Of a DNA stretch of 64,000 nucleotides, positions 47,249 through 56,595 are shown piece after piece; position 1 is the first letter of the stretch; every line of letters begins with the position of its first letter. The position numbers and the translations under genes are program-made. Source of the DNA: Verrucomicrobiota bacterium (GTDB taxonomy: Bacteria; Verrucomicrobiota; Verrucomicrobiia; Limisphaerales; JADLHS01); the NCBI GenBank assembly GCA_029573725.1, contig JAKQDQ010000178.1:337174-401173 (forward strand). Reading direction: 5' to 3'. The notes below the pieces were generated by a model. The model was not told the DNA's origin. It did no database searches and saw only the letters and a program-made list of their open reading frames with translations.

Positions 47249-47941
47249 ATGACTGCCGGTTTCCGCTACGAGCGCAAGTTTCTGCCGTCAGACCTCGATC
47301 TCGCCAGGGCGCTGGCGGTCGTGCATCGCCATCCCAGTCTCTTTCGGGAGGTTTATCCCCCACGGCTGGTGAACAACATCTATCTGGATTCCCCCCGGCT
47401 GGACAACTATCACGATCACGTCAATGGCACCGCAAACCGGAGCAAAACCAGGGTGCGTTGGTATGGCCACCCGCGCAGCCTCATCGAAAACCCGGCGCTC
47501 GAACAAAAAATAAAACGCGGCACGGTCAGCCGGAAGGAAACCCACCCGCTGCCGTCCCTCCGCCTGGAAGGTGAGACCGCCCGTTCCCGCCTCGACGAAA
47601 CATTCCGGATCGCTTCACTTCCGGAACTGTTACGGTCCAGGTTGCAACACCTGCAACCCTCGCTCTTTAACTGTTACCGGCGGCATTACTTCCTGAGCCA
47701 GGACCGGCGGTTCCGGCTGACTGTGGACTCGGACCTGAGATTCGAAGGCATTGACGGAAACACAAATGTCACCGGCGCGTCCGCTTCCACGGCGCTTCAT
47801 CCCTCCGGCTTTGTCATCATCGAGTTGAAGTATTCCGCGGAAAACGCCGGACTCGCCGACGCGGTGACCAACGCCCTTCCCTTCCGCGTGACGCGCTGCT
47901 CGAAGTACATCCTCGGCATTCAATGCGCCGTGCCGGCCTGA
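47249..47941 (+). CDS. VTC-domain (polyphosphate polymerase-like, CYTH/triphosphate-tunnel) protein
   Basis: FRYERKFL...FREVYPPRLVNNIYLDSPRLDNYHDHVNG...SKTRVRWYG...FVIIELKY. No TM segment. Confidence 0.68.
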   Translation: MTAGFRYERKFLPSDLDLARALAVVHRHPSLFREVYPPRLVNNIYLDSPRLDNYHDHVNGTANRSKTRVRWYGHPRSLIENPALEQKIKRGTVSRKETHPLPSLRLEGETARSRLDETFRIASLPELLRSRLQHLQPSLFNCYRRHYFLSQDRRFRLTVDSDLRFEGIDGNTNVTGASASTALHPSGFVIIELKYSAENAGLADAVTNALPFRVTRCSKYILGIQCAVPA

Positions 47942-48252
47942 CCGGCAGCCTGCGGAATTCTTCTGGGAACCTGCGATGGCGTGTGGTCGTCGTTGCGCAA
48001 CGCATGTCGCAACCGCACGAATGACCCTCCGGATGCCGGCAGCGGTGCCCAAGCCGGGTCCTGAAATACTTCGGTGGTTGCCCTTGTGATTATCGCCGGA
48101 ACAATTGCCAACCACTCCGCCGGCGTACATTCAGACCATCCGGCCCATGGGCGCCGCCGCATGACCGGCCCGGGCGCGAATCCACCCTCCTCTTGTCCGG
48201 ACCACGGCAGGTCTCGATTGCCACGCCGCGAAATCCGGCGCGCCGGGCCGGG

Positions 48253-48870
48253 CTAAATCAGCGACAAATGTTTCAGACCTCCGCGAATGAGGAAGACGGC
48301 GAAGAGCACCAGCAATCCGGCGAGTACCCGCATTACACCGCGATAATATCGCCCCGACAAAAAGTGCCGCGACCGGCTGACCAACAGGGCCAGCCCCACC
48401 TTCGAGCCGACCAGGAACGCGTAGAATCCGGCAAGGAAAGTGGCGGCGGCAGAACCATCCTGCTGCAGGGCGTTGGCCAGCAGGGCGGTCCCGACGGTGA
48501 GCCAAAACAACCAGGGATGCGGATTGAGCAGATTGGTGGCGATGCCCTTCAGCCAGGACCGCGGGGAGGTGGCTGAGGTCGCGGGATGACGCGACGCCGG
48601 GCGCAGGGTTTCCCACGCGAGGTAGAGCACGAACAGGCCACCGGCAATGCCGATGATGCCGAGCAGGGTTTGCCACTGCGCGAACCGGGACGCCAGCAGC
48701 CAGGCGACCAAAATGATGGGCGGATCCGTGATCAGCGGCGCGAGGGCGATTTTGGCCCCCTCGCGCCAACCGTGCCGCAAGGTTTGGGCGATCACCAGCG
48801 TCAGCATGGGGCCGGGGGCAATTCCTGCGGAGAGTCCCAGCAGGAGCCCGGAGGCCAGGGCGGTCAACAT
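48253..48870 (-). CDS. LysE/RhtB family amino-acid exporter
   Basis: 205 aa, six hydrophobic segments, N-terminal LLLGLSAGIAPGPMLTLVI typical of the family. Confidence 0.8.
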   Translation of the reverse strand: MLTALASGLLLGLSAGIAPGPMLTLVIAQTLRHGWREGAKIALAPLITDPPIILVAWLLASRFAQWQTLLGIIGIAGGLFVLYLAWETLRPASRHPATSATSPRSWLKGIATNLLNPHPWLFWLTVGTALLANALQQDGSAAATFLAGFYAFLVGSKVGLALLVSRSRHFLSGRYYRGVMRVLAGLLVLFAVFLIRGGLKHLSLI

Positions 48871-48982
48871 GCGCTCCAGCGTAAATTGAACCCGGGGCCG
48901 GCTTCAACAGGTGACTGTCACCGGCGTCGGCTCCCGGCAATTGGTTTGCTTCGCCGGACGGGAGATTATTCAATACCAGCAC

Positions 48983-49762
48983 ATGATCGCAAAACGTGTC
49001 ATTCCGTGCTTGGACGTCCACGACGGCCAAGTCACTCGCGGGGTACAATTTGGTCTGGCGGAACAAGGTGGTTTGCGCAGCGTGGGCGACCCGGTTGAAC
49101 TCGCCGTGCGTTATAACGAACAGGGAGCGGACGAGATGGTGTTCTTTGACATCACGGCCACTGCGCACGGTCGCGGCACGATGGTGGAAGTGATGGAACG
49201 GGTGGCCGACCAGTGTTTCATGCCGTTGACGGTTGGTGGCGGCATCAAATCCGTGGCCGACATGCACACGATGCTGCGCGCGGGCGCCGACAAGATCAGC
49301 ATCAATTCCAGCGCGCTGGCCCGGCCGGAGCTGATCCGTGAAGGCGCGGAAAAGTTTGGCAGCCAGTGCATCGTGGTTTCCATTGACGCCAAACGCGCCG
49401 CCCCGCGCGTGGATCAATGGCGGGTATTTTCGCACGGTGGGCGCCGGGACACGGGGCGGGAGGCGGTGGCGTGGGCGGAACAGGCGGTAAAACTCGGCGC
49501 GGGAGAAATCGTTCTGAATTCCATTGATGCGGATGGCACGAAGGCCGGATTTGACCTGGAAATCACCCGGCGGATCAGTGAATCCGTCGGGGTACCGGTG
49601 GTGGCCAGCGGCGGGGCGGGCAAGCTGGAGCACCTGGCGGAGGTGTTGCTGGCCGGCAAGGCCGATGCGGTGCTTGCGGCAAGTATTTTTCATTTCGGCA
49701 CCTATACTGTGGGCGACGTCAAGCGGTATCTGGCGGCCCGGCAGATTCCCGTCCGGCTCTGA
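48983..49762 (+). CDS. hisF: imidazole glycerol phosphate synthase cyclase subunit
   Basis: [72 protein letters not shown]. Confidence 0.95.
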   Translation: MIAKRVIPCLDVHDGQVTRGVQFGLAEQGGLRSVGDPVELAVRYNEQGADEMVFFDITATAHGRGTMVEVMERVADQCFMPLTVGGGIKSVADMHTMLRAGADKISINSSALARPELIREGAEKFGSQCIVVSIDAKRAAPRVDQWRVFSHGGRRDTGREAVAWAEQAVKLGAGEIVLNSIDADGTKAGFDLEITRRISESVGVPVVASGGAGKLEHLAEVLLAGKADAVLAASIFHFGTYTVGDVKRYLAARQIPVRL

Positions 49763-49848
49763 AGTTGCGCCCCGCCGCCGGCGGGATTGGAGAGCGCCCG
49801 GCGAACAAAATTATTGCCACGCGCACCGCCGTTTGGCTTCATGTTGGG

Positions 49849-50163
49849 ATGGCACAAACGGCCGGAACTGCGGGCTCTGCTCCGAGCGAACGTCGCCGGA
49901 TGCAGATTCTGTATTCCGGGCACGTTCAAGGAGTCGGATTTCGTTACACGGTCCAAACCCTGGCGGCAGGTTATGCGGTCACGGGGTCGGTGCGGAATCT
50001 GCCCGATGGCCGGGTGGAATTGACTGCGGAAGGAACTCCCGAAGAACTGGAAGCATTTCGCGCGGCTGTTCGCACGGGCGGCCTGGGCGCCAACATCCGG
50101 CAGGAAGAAGCGCAGTGGACACCCGCCCGGGGCGGCCTCGCCGGATTTGCCATCGAGCGATAA
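49849..50163 (+). CDS. acylphosphatase
   Basis: YSGHVQGVGFRYT and GSVRNLPDGRVEL motifs. Start uncertain (ATG 49849 or 49900). Confidence 0.78.
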   Translation: MAQTAGTAGSAPSERRRMQILYSGHVQGVGFRYTVQTLAAGYAVTGSVRNLPDGRVELTAEGTPEELEAFRAAVRTGGLGANIRQEEAQWTPARGGLAGFAIER

Positions 50164-50171
50164 TTTATTCA

Positions 50172-50894
50172 ATGAAGTTTGCGATCATAGCCGACATCCA
50201 CGGAAATTGGGAGGCCTTTCAAGTCGTACTGGCGGATGCGAAGGAACAGCGGGTGACCCATTACGCCTGTCTGGGCGATGTGGTGGGTTACAATGCCAAC
50301 CCCAAGGAATGCCTGGATCTGGTGCGGGAAATGAACATTCCCTGCGTCAAAGGGAATCACGACGAGTATTGCTCGAGCGAGGACCAGTTGGAGGGATTCA
50401 ATCCCGCCGCCGCCGAGGCCGTCAACTGGACGCGCAAACAACTGACCGCGGACGACCGCCAGTGGCTGCGTGACTTGAAATACTCCCGGATGGTCACCCA
50501 CTTCACGATCGTTCATGCCACCCTGGACGGACCGCAGCGGTGGGGTTATGTCTTCGACAAGCTGGCGGCCGCCGCCAGCTTCACCTACCAAAACACCGCG
50601 TTGTGTTTCTTTGGCCACACCCATGTGCCGGTTGCCTTTGTGAAGGACAGCGTCGTGCGGGGCGGCACTTACTCGAAGTTCAAAATCGAGCCGGGCAAGA
50701 AGTATTTCATCAATGTCGGTGCCGTGGGCCAGCCGCGGGACAACAATCCCAAGGCCGCCTATGTGGTTTTTGACAGCACGGAAGGCACCATTGAACTGCG
50801 CCGGCTGGAGTACGACATTCCCGCCGCGCAAAAGAAGATTCGTGCCGCCGGGCTGCCGGAGCGCCTGGCCGAACGCCTGGCTTACGGTCGCTAA
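50172..50894 (+). CDS. metallophosphoesterase (YfcE/MJ0936-like)
   Basis: MKFAIIADIHGN, CLGDVVGY, KGNHDE, FFGHTHVP, INVGAVGQPRD. Confidence 0.85.
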   Translation: MKFAIIADIHGNWEAFQVVLADAKEQRVTHYACLGDVVGYNANPKECLDLVREMNIPCVKGNHDEYCSSEDQLEGFNPAAAEAVNWTRKQLTADDRQWLRDLKYSRMVTHFTIVHATLDGPQRWGYVFDKLAAAASFTYQNTALCFFGHTHVPVAFVKDSVVRGGTYSKFKIEPGKKYFINVGAVGQPRDNNPKAAYVVFDSTEGTIELRRLEYDIPAAQKKIRAAGLPERLAERLAYGR

Positions 50895-50981
50895 TGCCAT
50901 GAAGCGCCGCGGCGGAGCGGCGGCGCCGATTCCGCCCGGGCGAAACGGGCGGCCCGCCTGAGCAGCAACGCGCCAGCAAGC

Positions 50982-51905
50982 ATGAGCCACCCACTGCAAC
51001 TGATTCGCGTCATTTCGGAAGGACGGCCCGGCCACGAGAATCAAAGCGCGGGTCTGGCGTTTGCCCTGGCGCGGCGCACGGGCGCCTGGGTGGAAGTGGT
51101 GCGAATTCCTCCGACTTGGAACCTCCTCACCCGTTGCCGCGCGGCGTTGTCATCCGGCCCCACCCGTCCGCAACTGGTGATCGGCGCCGGGCACAAGGTG
51201 CATTTACCGCTCTGGTTTGCCGCCCGGAAGTTCCACGCGCGCTCGGTGGTCATCATGGAGCCCACCTGGCCGAAGCGCTGGTTTGACCTGTGCATCCTGC
51301 CCCGGCACGACACCGCCCCCGGCCAATCATCCGCCCGCATCATCGTCACCCTGGGCGCGTTGAATCGCATTCCCGAAGACATTCCCGCCAAACAACCGCA
51401 GGGCCTCATGTTGATCGGTGGTCCGTCGCGGGCCTGCGGGTGGGATGCGCCCGGGCTGATTGCCGCGATCACCACGGTGATTCGCACCCGGTCCGAACTG
51501 GCCTGGACCATCACCGACTCGCGCCGCACGCCCGCCGGTTTTCTCGAACAACTGGGGGCGGTCGGACTGTCCGCCACCGTGGTTCCGCACCAGCAAACAC
51601 CCGCCGGCTGGGTGCCGGCGCACCTGCTCACGGCCGCCGAAGCGTGGGTGACTGCTGACAGCGTTTCCATGATTTTTGAGGCGGTGACGGCCCGGGCGCG
51701 GACGGGCGTGATTCCGGTGCCGGCCATCCGACCCGGCGCATCGCCGGTTCGCGCCATCCAAACGCTGATTCGCGAGGGTTACGCCACCACGTTTGACCAT
51801 TGGCAGCGCAACGGGCGGCAGCTGGTTTCCGCCAAGCCGCTGCAGGAGACTGGACGGTGTGCGGAGCTGGTGCTCGAACGGTTATCTTTCCACGCGGCCG
51901 CATGA
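50982..51905 (+). CDS. ELM1/DUF1022-family protein (glycan-cluster associated)
   Basis: GRPGHENQSAGLAFAL near the N-terminus, ~300 aa. First gene of the plus-strand glycan arm. Confidence 0.55.
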   Translation: MSHPLQLIRVISEGRPGHENQSAGLAFALARRTGAWVEVVRIPPTWNLLTRCRAALSSGPTRPQLVIGAGHKVHLPLWFAARKFHARSVVIMEPTWPKRWFDLCILPRHDTAPGQSSARIIVTLGALNRIPEDIPAKQPQGLMLIGGPSRACGWDAPGLIAAITTVIRTRSELAWTITDSRRTPAGFLEQLGAVGLSATVVPHQQTPAGWVPAHLLTAAEAWVTADSVSMIFEAVTARARTGVIPVPAIRPGASPVRAIQTLIREGYATTFDHWQRNGRQLVSAKPLQETGRCAELVLERLSFHAAA

Positions 51906-53017
51906 AAGTTCTGCAAATTCTTCCGGAATTGCATGCCGGTGGTGTGGAATGCAGCGTCTTGGAAATTGCCCGCCACCTCGTGCAACAGGGTCACGAGGCG
52001 CTGGTGGTTTCCCATGGCGGCCGTCTGGTGGCCGGGCTGGAAGCTTTCGGAGCGCGGCATATTGCCATGCCAGTTCACCGCAAGCGGCTGAGCTCGGTAT
52101 TTCAAGTGGCCCGGCTGCGCCGGCTGCTGGCGCTCGAACGTCCGGACCTGTTGCATCTGCATTCCCGCGTGCCGGGATGGATCGGCTGGCTGGCCTGGCG
52201 GAAATTGCCGCCGGCCACGCGGCCGCGACTGGTCAGCACCGTGCATGGATTCTACTCGGTGAACGCCTACTCCGCCGTCATGATGCGCGGCGAACGGGTG
52301 ATCGCCGTATCCGAATGTATTCGGAATTATATCGAGCAAAATTTTCCGCGGACGCCCGTCGCGGCGATCCGGGTGGTGCGCAATGGCGTTAACCCGGCCG
52401 ATTATCCGCGCGGCTATCAACCCGGCGCGGATTGGATTGCGGGGTGGCAACGCGACTATCCGCAGTGCGTCGGCAAACGCCTGCTGCTGTTGCCGGGGCG
52501 CATCACACGCTTGAAGGGGCACCCGGATTTTTTGCGATTGATCGCCGCGTTGGCCGCAACCGACCCGCAAGTTCATGGACTGATTGTGGGCGACCTCCAC
52601 CCCCGCAAGCGCGCCTACCGGAAGGAACTGGAGCGGCTGACGACCCGGCTCGGGCTGGCGCCGCATCTCACCTTCCTCAAGCACCGCGCCGACCTGCGGG
52701 AAATCATGGCCGTGTCCGCACTGGTGTATTCCCTGTCCACACAGCCGGAATCATTCGGGCGCACCACCCTGGAAGCGCTCGCCCTGGGGCGTCCGGTGGT
52801 GGGTTACGATCATGGCGGCGTCGGCGAGTTATTGGGTCAGTTATTTCCCGCCGGGCGCGTTCCGTTGGGCAATGAAGCAGCGCTCGCGACGGTTTCGCGC
52901 AAGTTGCTGGCCGATCCGGTCTGGCCGGCGCCCGTCCCTGCTTCCCTCACCCTGGCCGTCATGCTGCGGCATACGCTCGACGTTTACCACGAGTTGCTCG
53001 CCGCCGCCCGCGCTTGA
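51902..53017 (+). CDS. GT4-family glycosyltransferase
   Basis: ATGA overlap with the upstream gene. MKVLQILPELHAGGVE N-terminus and a C-terminal ESFGRTTLEALALGRPVVG (E-X7-E-type) motif. Confidence 0.8.
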   Translation: MKVLQILPELHAGGVECSVLEIARHLVQQGHEALVVSHGGRLVAGLEAFGARHIAMPVHRKRLSSVFQVARLRRLLALERPDLLHLHSRVPGWIGWLAWRKLPPATRPRLVSTVHGFYSVNAYSAVMMRGERVIAVSECIRNYIEQNFPRTPVAAIRVVRNGVNPADYPRGYQPGADWIAGWQRDYPQCVGKRLLLLPGRITRLKGHPDFLRLIAALAATDPQVHGLIVGDLHPRKRAYRKELERLTTRLGLAPHLTFLKHRADLREIMAVSALVYSLSTQPESFGRTTLEALALGRPVVGYDHGGVGELLGQLFPAGRVPLGNEAALATVSRKLLADPVWPAPVPASLTLAVMLRHTLDVYHELLAAARA

Positions 53018-53020
53018 ACC

Positions 53021-53911
53021 ATGCACCGCGCCGTCATCGCCATCGTCAAGGGAGGGTTGGGCAATCAATTGTTCATTTATGCGGCAGCGCGGGCGCTCGC
53101 GTTGCGGACGGGACGGACGTTATATCTGGATGCCACTCGCGGCTATACCCGGGACGATTATGGCCGCAATTACCGGCTGGACCGGTTTCCGATCGAGGCG
53201 GAAGTGATGCCGGAGGCCTGGCGGATTGCGCCAACGCTGAAACATTTCCGGCACAAGCTCATCCGGGCCGGCAGCAAGCTGCTCCCGCGCAATCAACGGA
53301 CTTATCTGGCCGAGCACTGGCACCGGCCCCCCACGCAGCTCACCGCGCTGCGGCCGCGCCGGAAACGCCTCACGCTGCTGGGCTACTGGCAGAATGAAGC
53401 CTATTTTGCCGATCATGCTGCCACCATCCGTGCCGAACTCACGCCACCCCCGCCAACCGACACCCAGGACCAGGCGCTCGGCGAAAAATTCGCCACATGC
53501 GAATCCATCTTTCTGCACTTCCGCCGCGTCCGATACTGGAATCTGTTGGGCAGTGATTATTATCAGACGGCCATAGATGCCGCGCTCGCCAAGCTTCCCC
53601 GGCCGCATTTTGTCCTGTTCGGCGACGACTTGAACTGGCCCCGGCAACACTTGGATTTTCGCGGCGCGAGCCAGGAATGCGTCAACCACAACTCCGGGGA
53701 TGAACTCGCCGACCTCTGGTTGATGAGCCGCTGCCGGCACGCGATCGTGGCGAACAGCTCCTTCAGTTGGTGGGGCGCGTGGCTGGGGGAGGCCGCGCTG
53801 CCGCGGTTGGTCTTTGCGCCGCAACAAACCGGCTGGCCCCTCGTCATGCCGCCCCGCTGGCAACGGATTGCCAACGTCCTGGATTCCAGCGAAACTGGGC
53901 GTCCACAATGA
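53021..53911 (+). CDS. GT11-family glycosyltransferase (alpha-1,2-fucosyltransferase-like)
   Basis: GGLGNQLFIYA, LLGYWQNEAYF, FVLFGDDLNW, MSRCRHAIVANSSFSWWGAWL. Confidence 0.72.
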   Translation: MHRAVIAIVKGGLGNQLFIYAAARALALRTGRTLYLDATRGYTRDDYGRNYRLDRFPIEAEVMPEAWRIAPTLKHFRHKLIRAGSKLLPRNQRTYLAEHWHRPPTQLTALRPRRKRLTLLGYWQNEAYFADHAATIRAELTPPPPTDTQDQALGEKFATCESIFLHFRRVRYWNLLGSDYYQTAIDAALAKLPRPHFVLFGDDLNWPRQHLDFRGASQECVNHNSGDELADLWLMSRCRHAIVANSSFSWWGAWLGEAALPRLVFAPQQTGWPLVMPPRWQRIANVLDSSETGRPQ

Positions 53912-54660
53912 AAGCGCTGCGCAACGTGTTCAAATTGGCCGTCCAGTTCCCGGCGCGCCCAACCGACGTGTTTTGGTTTTGGAAAACCTATGGACAATGG
54001 CAGCGGGCCGCGCCGCCGGAGTGGCGGGCGCGCCTGGCGGAACTCAAGCCCATGCTTCAGGACCGGCATGCCCCGGCGGGCAGCGCGCAGGGGCATTATT
54101 TTTTGCAGGACTTGTGGGCGGCACAACGAGTCTGGCGATTGCGCCCGGAGGAGCACGTGGATGTGGGGAGCCGGGTGGACGGATTCGTTGCGCACGTGGC
54201 CAGTTTTTGTCCGGTGAAGTACGTGGACATCCGCCCGCTCCGGACCGGAGTGCCGGGGTTGACCGGGGTGCAAGGTTCCGTCTGCGAGCTGCCGTTTGCC
54301 GATCAGTCGGTGCGGAGTTTGAGTTGTCTGCATGTGATCGAGCACATCGGTCTGGGGCGTTATGGCGATCCCCTTGAACCCCAAGGCTGGTTGCGGGGTC
54401 TGGCGGAATTACAACGGGTGCTCGCGCCGGGCGGCCAATTGTTGTTGGGCACACCGTGCGGCCGGTCCCGGGTGGTGTTTCATGCACATCGGGTGTTTGA
54501 TCCGGCGCAGATCGCTGCCGCCCTGCCCGAACTGCAGCTCCAGGAATTTTCCCTGATCCGGGATGGGGCCGCCACTGCCTGGCAGGAACGCGTGCCGCTC
54601 ACCGCCGCGCGCGATCTGGACTATGGATGCGGGCTGTTTGTCTGGGCGCGTCCCGGTTGA
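53908..54660 (+). CDS. DUF268-like class I SAM-dependent methyltransferase
   Basis: ATGA overlap with the upstream gene. VDVGSRVDGF, LSCLHVIEHIGLGRYGDPLEPQG, LAPGGQLLLGTP. Confidence 0.55.
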   Translation: MKALRNVFKLAVQFPARPTDVFWFWKTYGQWQRAAPPEWRARLAELKPMLQDRHAPAGSAQGHYFLQDLWAAQRVWRLRPEEHVDVGSRVDGFVAHVASFCPVKYVDIRPLRTGVPGLTGVQGSVCELPFADQSVRSLSCLHVIEHIGLGRYGDPLEPQGWLRGLAELQRVLAPGGQLLLGTPCGRSRVVFHAHRVFDPAQIAAALPELQLQEFSLIRDGAATAWQERVPLTAARDLDYGCGLFVWARPG

Positions 54661-54669
54661 GTCCAGCCA

Positions 54670-55674
54670 ATGAATCCAGCCGCCTCCCCCTGGTCGCCCC
54701 GGTTGCGGGTGCGCGTGTCTTCCGCGGGATTGCCGGGCGGATTGGAACTGTTCACTCCCGGAGCAGGCTTGTCATGGGGCAACTGCCAGTTTTCACTGTC
54801 GGCAGCCGATGACGCCGAATGCGACTATTGGATTGTTCTGGCGAATGCGTTTCCGCGGGAAACGGGTTGGGTCGCACCGGAGAACACCCTGTTTATTGCC
54901 GGCGAACCCCCGGCCAAAAAGGTGTACCCCCGCGGGTTCTACCGGCAGTTCGCGCGCATCGTGGACACGCACGATGGCTCGCGACATCCCCGAGTACATC
55001 TGGATGCGCCGGGTCTGCCCTGGCTGGCAGGGTTGAGCTGGCGGCAACAGCGCTACACACTGGGATACGACGTGCTGCGGGGGCTGGCGCCGCCCGCGAA
55101 GCAAAACTTGATTTCGGTCGTGTGTTCGACCACCGCCCAGACCGCCGGGCAACGTCGCCGCCTGCAATTTCTGGCCGCGCTCCGCCAACGGCTGGGCGGG
55201 GACCTGTTGATTTTTGGGAAAGGGTTTCGTCCGGTGGATGACAAGCTCGAAGCCATTCTGCCGTATCGCTATCATCTGGTGCTTGAAAACAGTCAAAGTC
55301 CGCACTATTGGACGGAAAAACTGGCCGACGCCTTTCTGGGCTGGGCTTTCCCGCTTTACGTGGGCTGTCCCAATCTAGGCGATTATTTTGCGCGGGAATG
55401 TTTTCTGGCATTGGACATGAGCGACGTGGAGGGGGCGGTGCGGCGGTTGCGCCAACGGCTGGCCACTCCGCTTTCCCCGCGCGAGCAGCAGGCGCTGCAA
55501 CTGGCCCGCACCCGGGTGCTGGAGGTTTACAACCCCTTCGCGCGATTTGCCGCCTGGGCAAATAAATTTTATGCTCCGGGGCGGCGGGAACGGGTGACGA
55601 TTCAATCGGCCAAGGCGTTTCGTTTCCTGCGCGGCTGGTTCTACCGGTGGCAGCACCGGTCGCCGGCCGCATGA
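54670..55674 (+). CDS. GT10-like glycosyltransferase (alpha-1,3/4-fucosyltransferase family)
   Basis: ISVVCS...YRYHLVLENSQSPHYWTEKLADAFLG, resembling the GT10 (F)ENS...Y(V)TEK motif. Confidence 0.62.
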   Translation: MNPAASPWSPRLRVRVSSAGLPGGLELFTPGAGLSWGNCQFSLSAADDAECDYWIVLANAFPRETGWVAPENTLFIAGEPPAKKVYPRGFYRQFARIVDTHDGSRHPRVHLDAPGLPWLAGLSWRQQRYTLGYDVLRGLAPPAKQNLISVVCSTTAQTAGQRRRLQFLAALRQRLGGDLLIFGKGFRPVDDKLEAILPYRYHLVLENSQSPHYWTEKLADAFLGWAFPLYVGCPNLGDYFARECFLALDMSDVEGAVRRLRQRLATPLSPREQQALQLARTRVLEVYNPFARFAAWANKFYAPGRRERVTIQSAKAFRFLRGWFYRWQHRSPAA

Positions 55675-56595
55675 TCAGGACACGACGCGCCAGCCGGGCG
55701 GAAGCCATTGCTCGGACGGCCGTTGCGGCATCAGCAGGAGGTCGGTCCCCGTGAAGGCGGCCCCGTGTCGAACCAGCAAATCGCCATATTCCCTGAGCCG
55801 CCACAGTTCCCGGCGCTTCACGCTGGCGTAGCAATACACCTCGAATTGTGCGCGCAGCCGGGCGAAGAAAGCCTCCGGGACCACTCCCGCCCATTGCATG
55901 AACTGCGGCGTGAATTCGATGAAGCCGAACGCGTGTTGGACGCGGGCCAGCGTGGCGGTAAAACCCGCGAGTGCGCGGCTTTCGTAGCCTTCAATGTCCA
56001 TTTTGAACAACAATGTCTTGCCGGTGGCGACCGGCGCGGGAATCAGCGCATCCAGGGTTCGCGCGGGCAATTTGAACTCGATGTGCCGGTGCGTTGCATT
56101 CATTTGCCGTACGGCGGAAGAACTCCCGCTCCATTCCGGGTTGACCAGAAAAGGGACGTCCTCGGCCGGCGCGTCGGCGACAAGACAATGGGTGAGAGTG
56201 ATGCGCGCGCCGGCGGGGTGCTGCTGCCGGCTGCGTTCCAGATAAGGAATCAGGCGGGGATTGGCTTCAAAACCATACAGGGTTGCATTGGCGGCATACT
56301 GGGTGCCGAACAGGCATTCGCCATAATTCAACCCCACATCCACGACGAGATCGGGCTGGAGATGCGCATTAAACTCACGCCAGAAGATCAGGTTGCTGGA
56401 AACTTTGCCGCGCAGGGGCTCCTGCACCACCTTCTTGATGGCGCAGGGGTCATCGGGATCAATGTAAATCCAGTTGTCACTCTGATGCAGTCGCGCGCGG
56501 TGCGGCCGCGTGGTGCCGTAACGCAGGAAGGTGAGCGGCAGCAAATAGGCCTGTTTGAACGCCCGCTCAAGACGAGGATACAGGGGCGGAGTCAT
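55675..56595 (-). CDS. FkbM-family methyltransferase
   Basis: VVDVGLNYGE, LYGFEANP, LFKMDIEGYESRAL. Its stop abuts the convergent GT10 stop (TGATCA). Confidence 0.7.
   Translation of the reverse strand: MTPPLYPRLERAFKQAYLLPLTFLRYGTTRPHRARLHQSDNWIYIDPDDPCAIKKVVQEPLRGKVSSNLIFWREFNAHLQPDLVVDVGLNYGECLFGTQYAANATLYGFEANPRLIPYLERSRQQHPAGARITLTHCLVADAPAEDVPFLVNPEWSGSSSAVRQMNATHRHIEFKLPARTLDALIPAPVATGKTLLFKMDIEGYESRALAGFTATLARVQHAFGFIEFTPQFMQWAGVVPEAFFARLRAQFEVYCYASVKRRELWRLREYGDLLVRHGAAFTGTDLLLMPQRPSEQWLPPGWRVVS

Noticed and set aside
48131-49693. 520-aa ORF antisense to LysE and hisF
   Set aside because: It spans two oppositely oriented genuine genes and the intergenic region, which is incompatible with a real gene. 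Composition is shadow-like.
49524-50894. 456-aa ORF suggesting a large fusion protein ending in a metallophosphoesterase
   Set aside because: The first 216 residues overlap hisF and the acylphosphatase in other frames and look like shadow sequence. The phosphoesterase begins naturally at MKFAIIADIHGN (ATG 50172).
50932-50952. 7-bp stem CCGCCCG / CGGGCGG after the metallophosphoesterase gene
   Set aside because: No T-tract follows. It could be any GC-rich hairpin, so it is not called a terminator.
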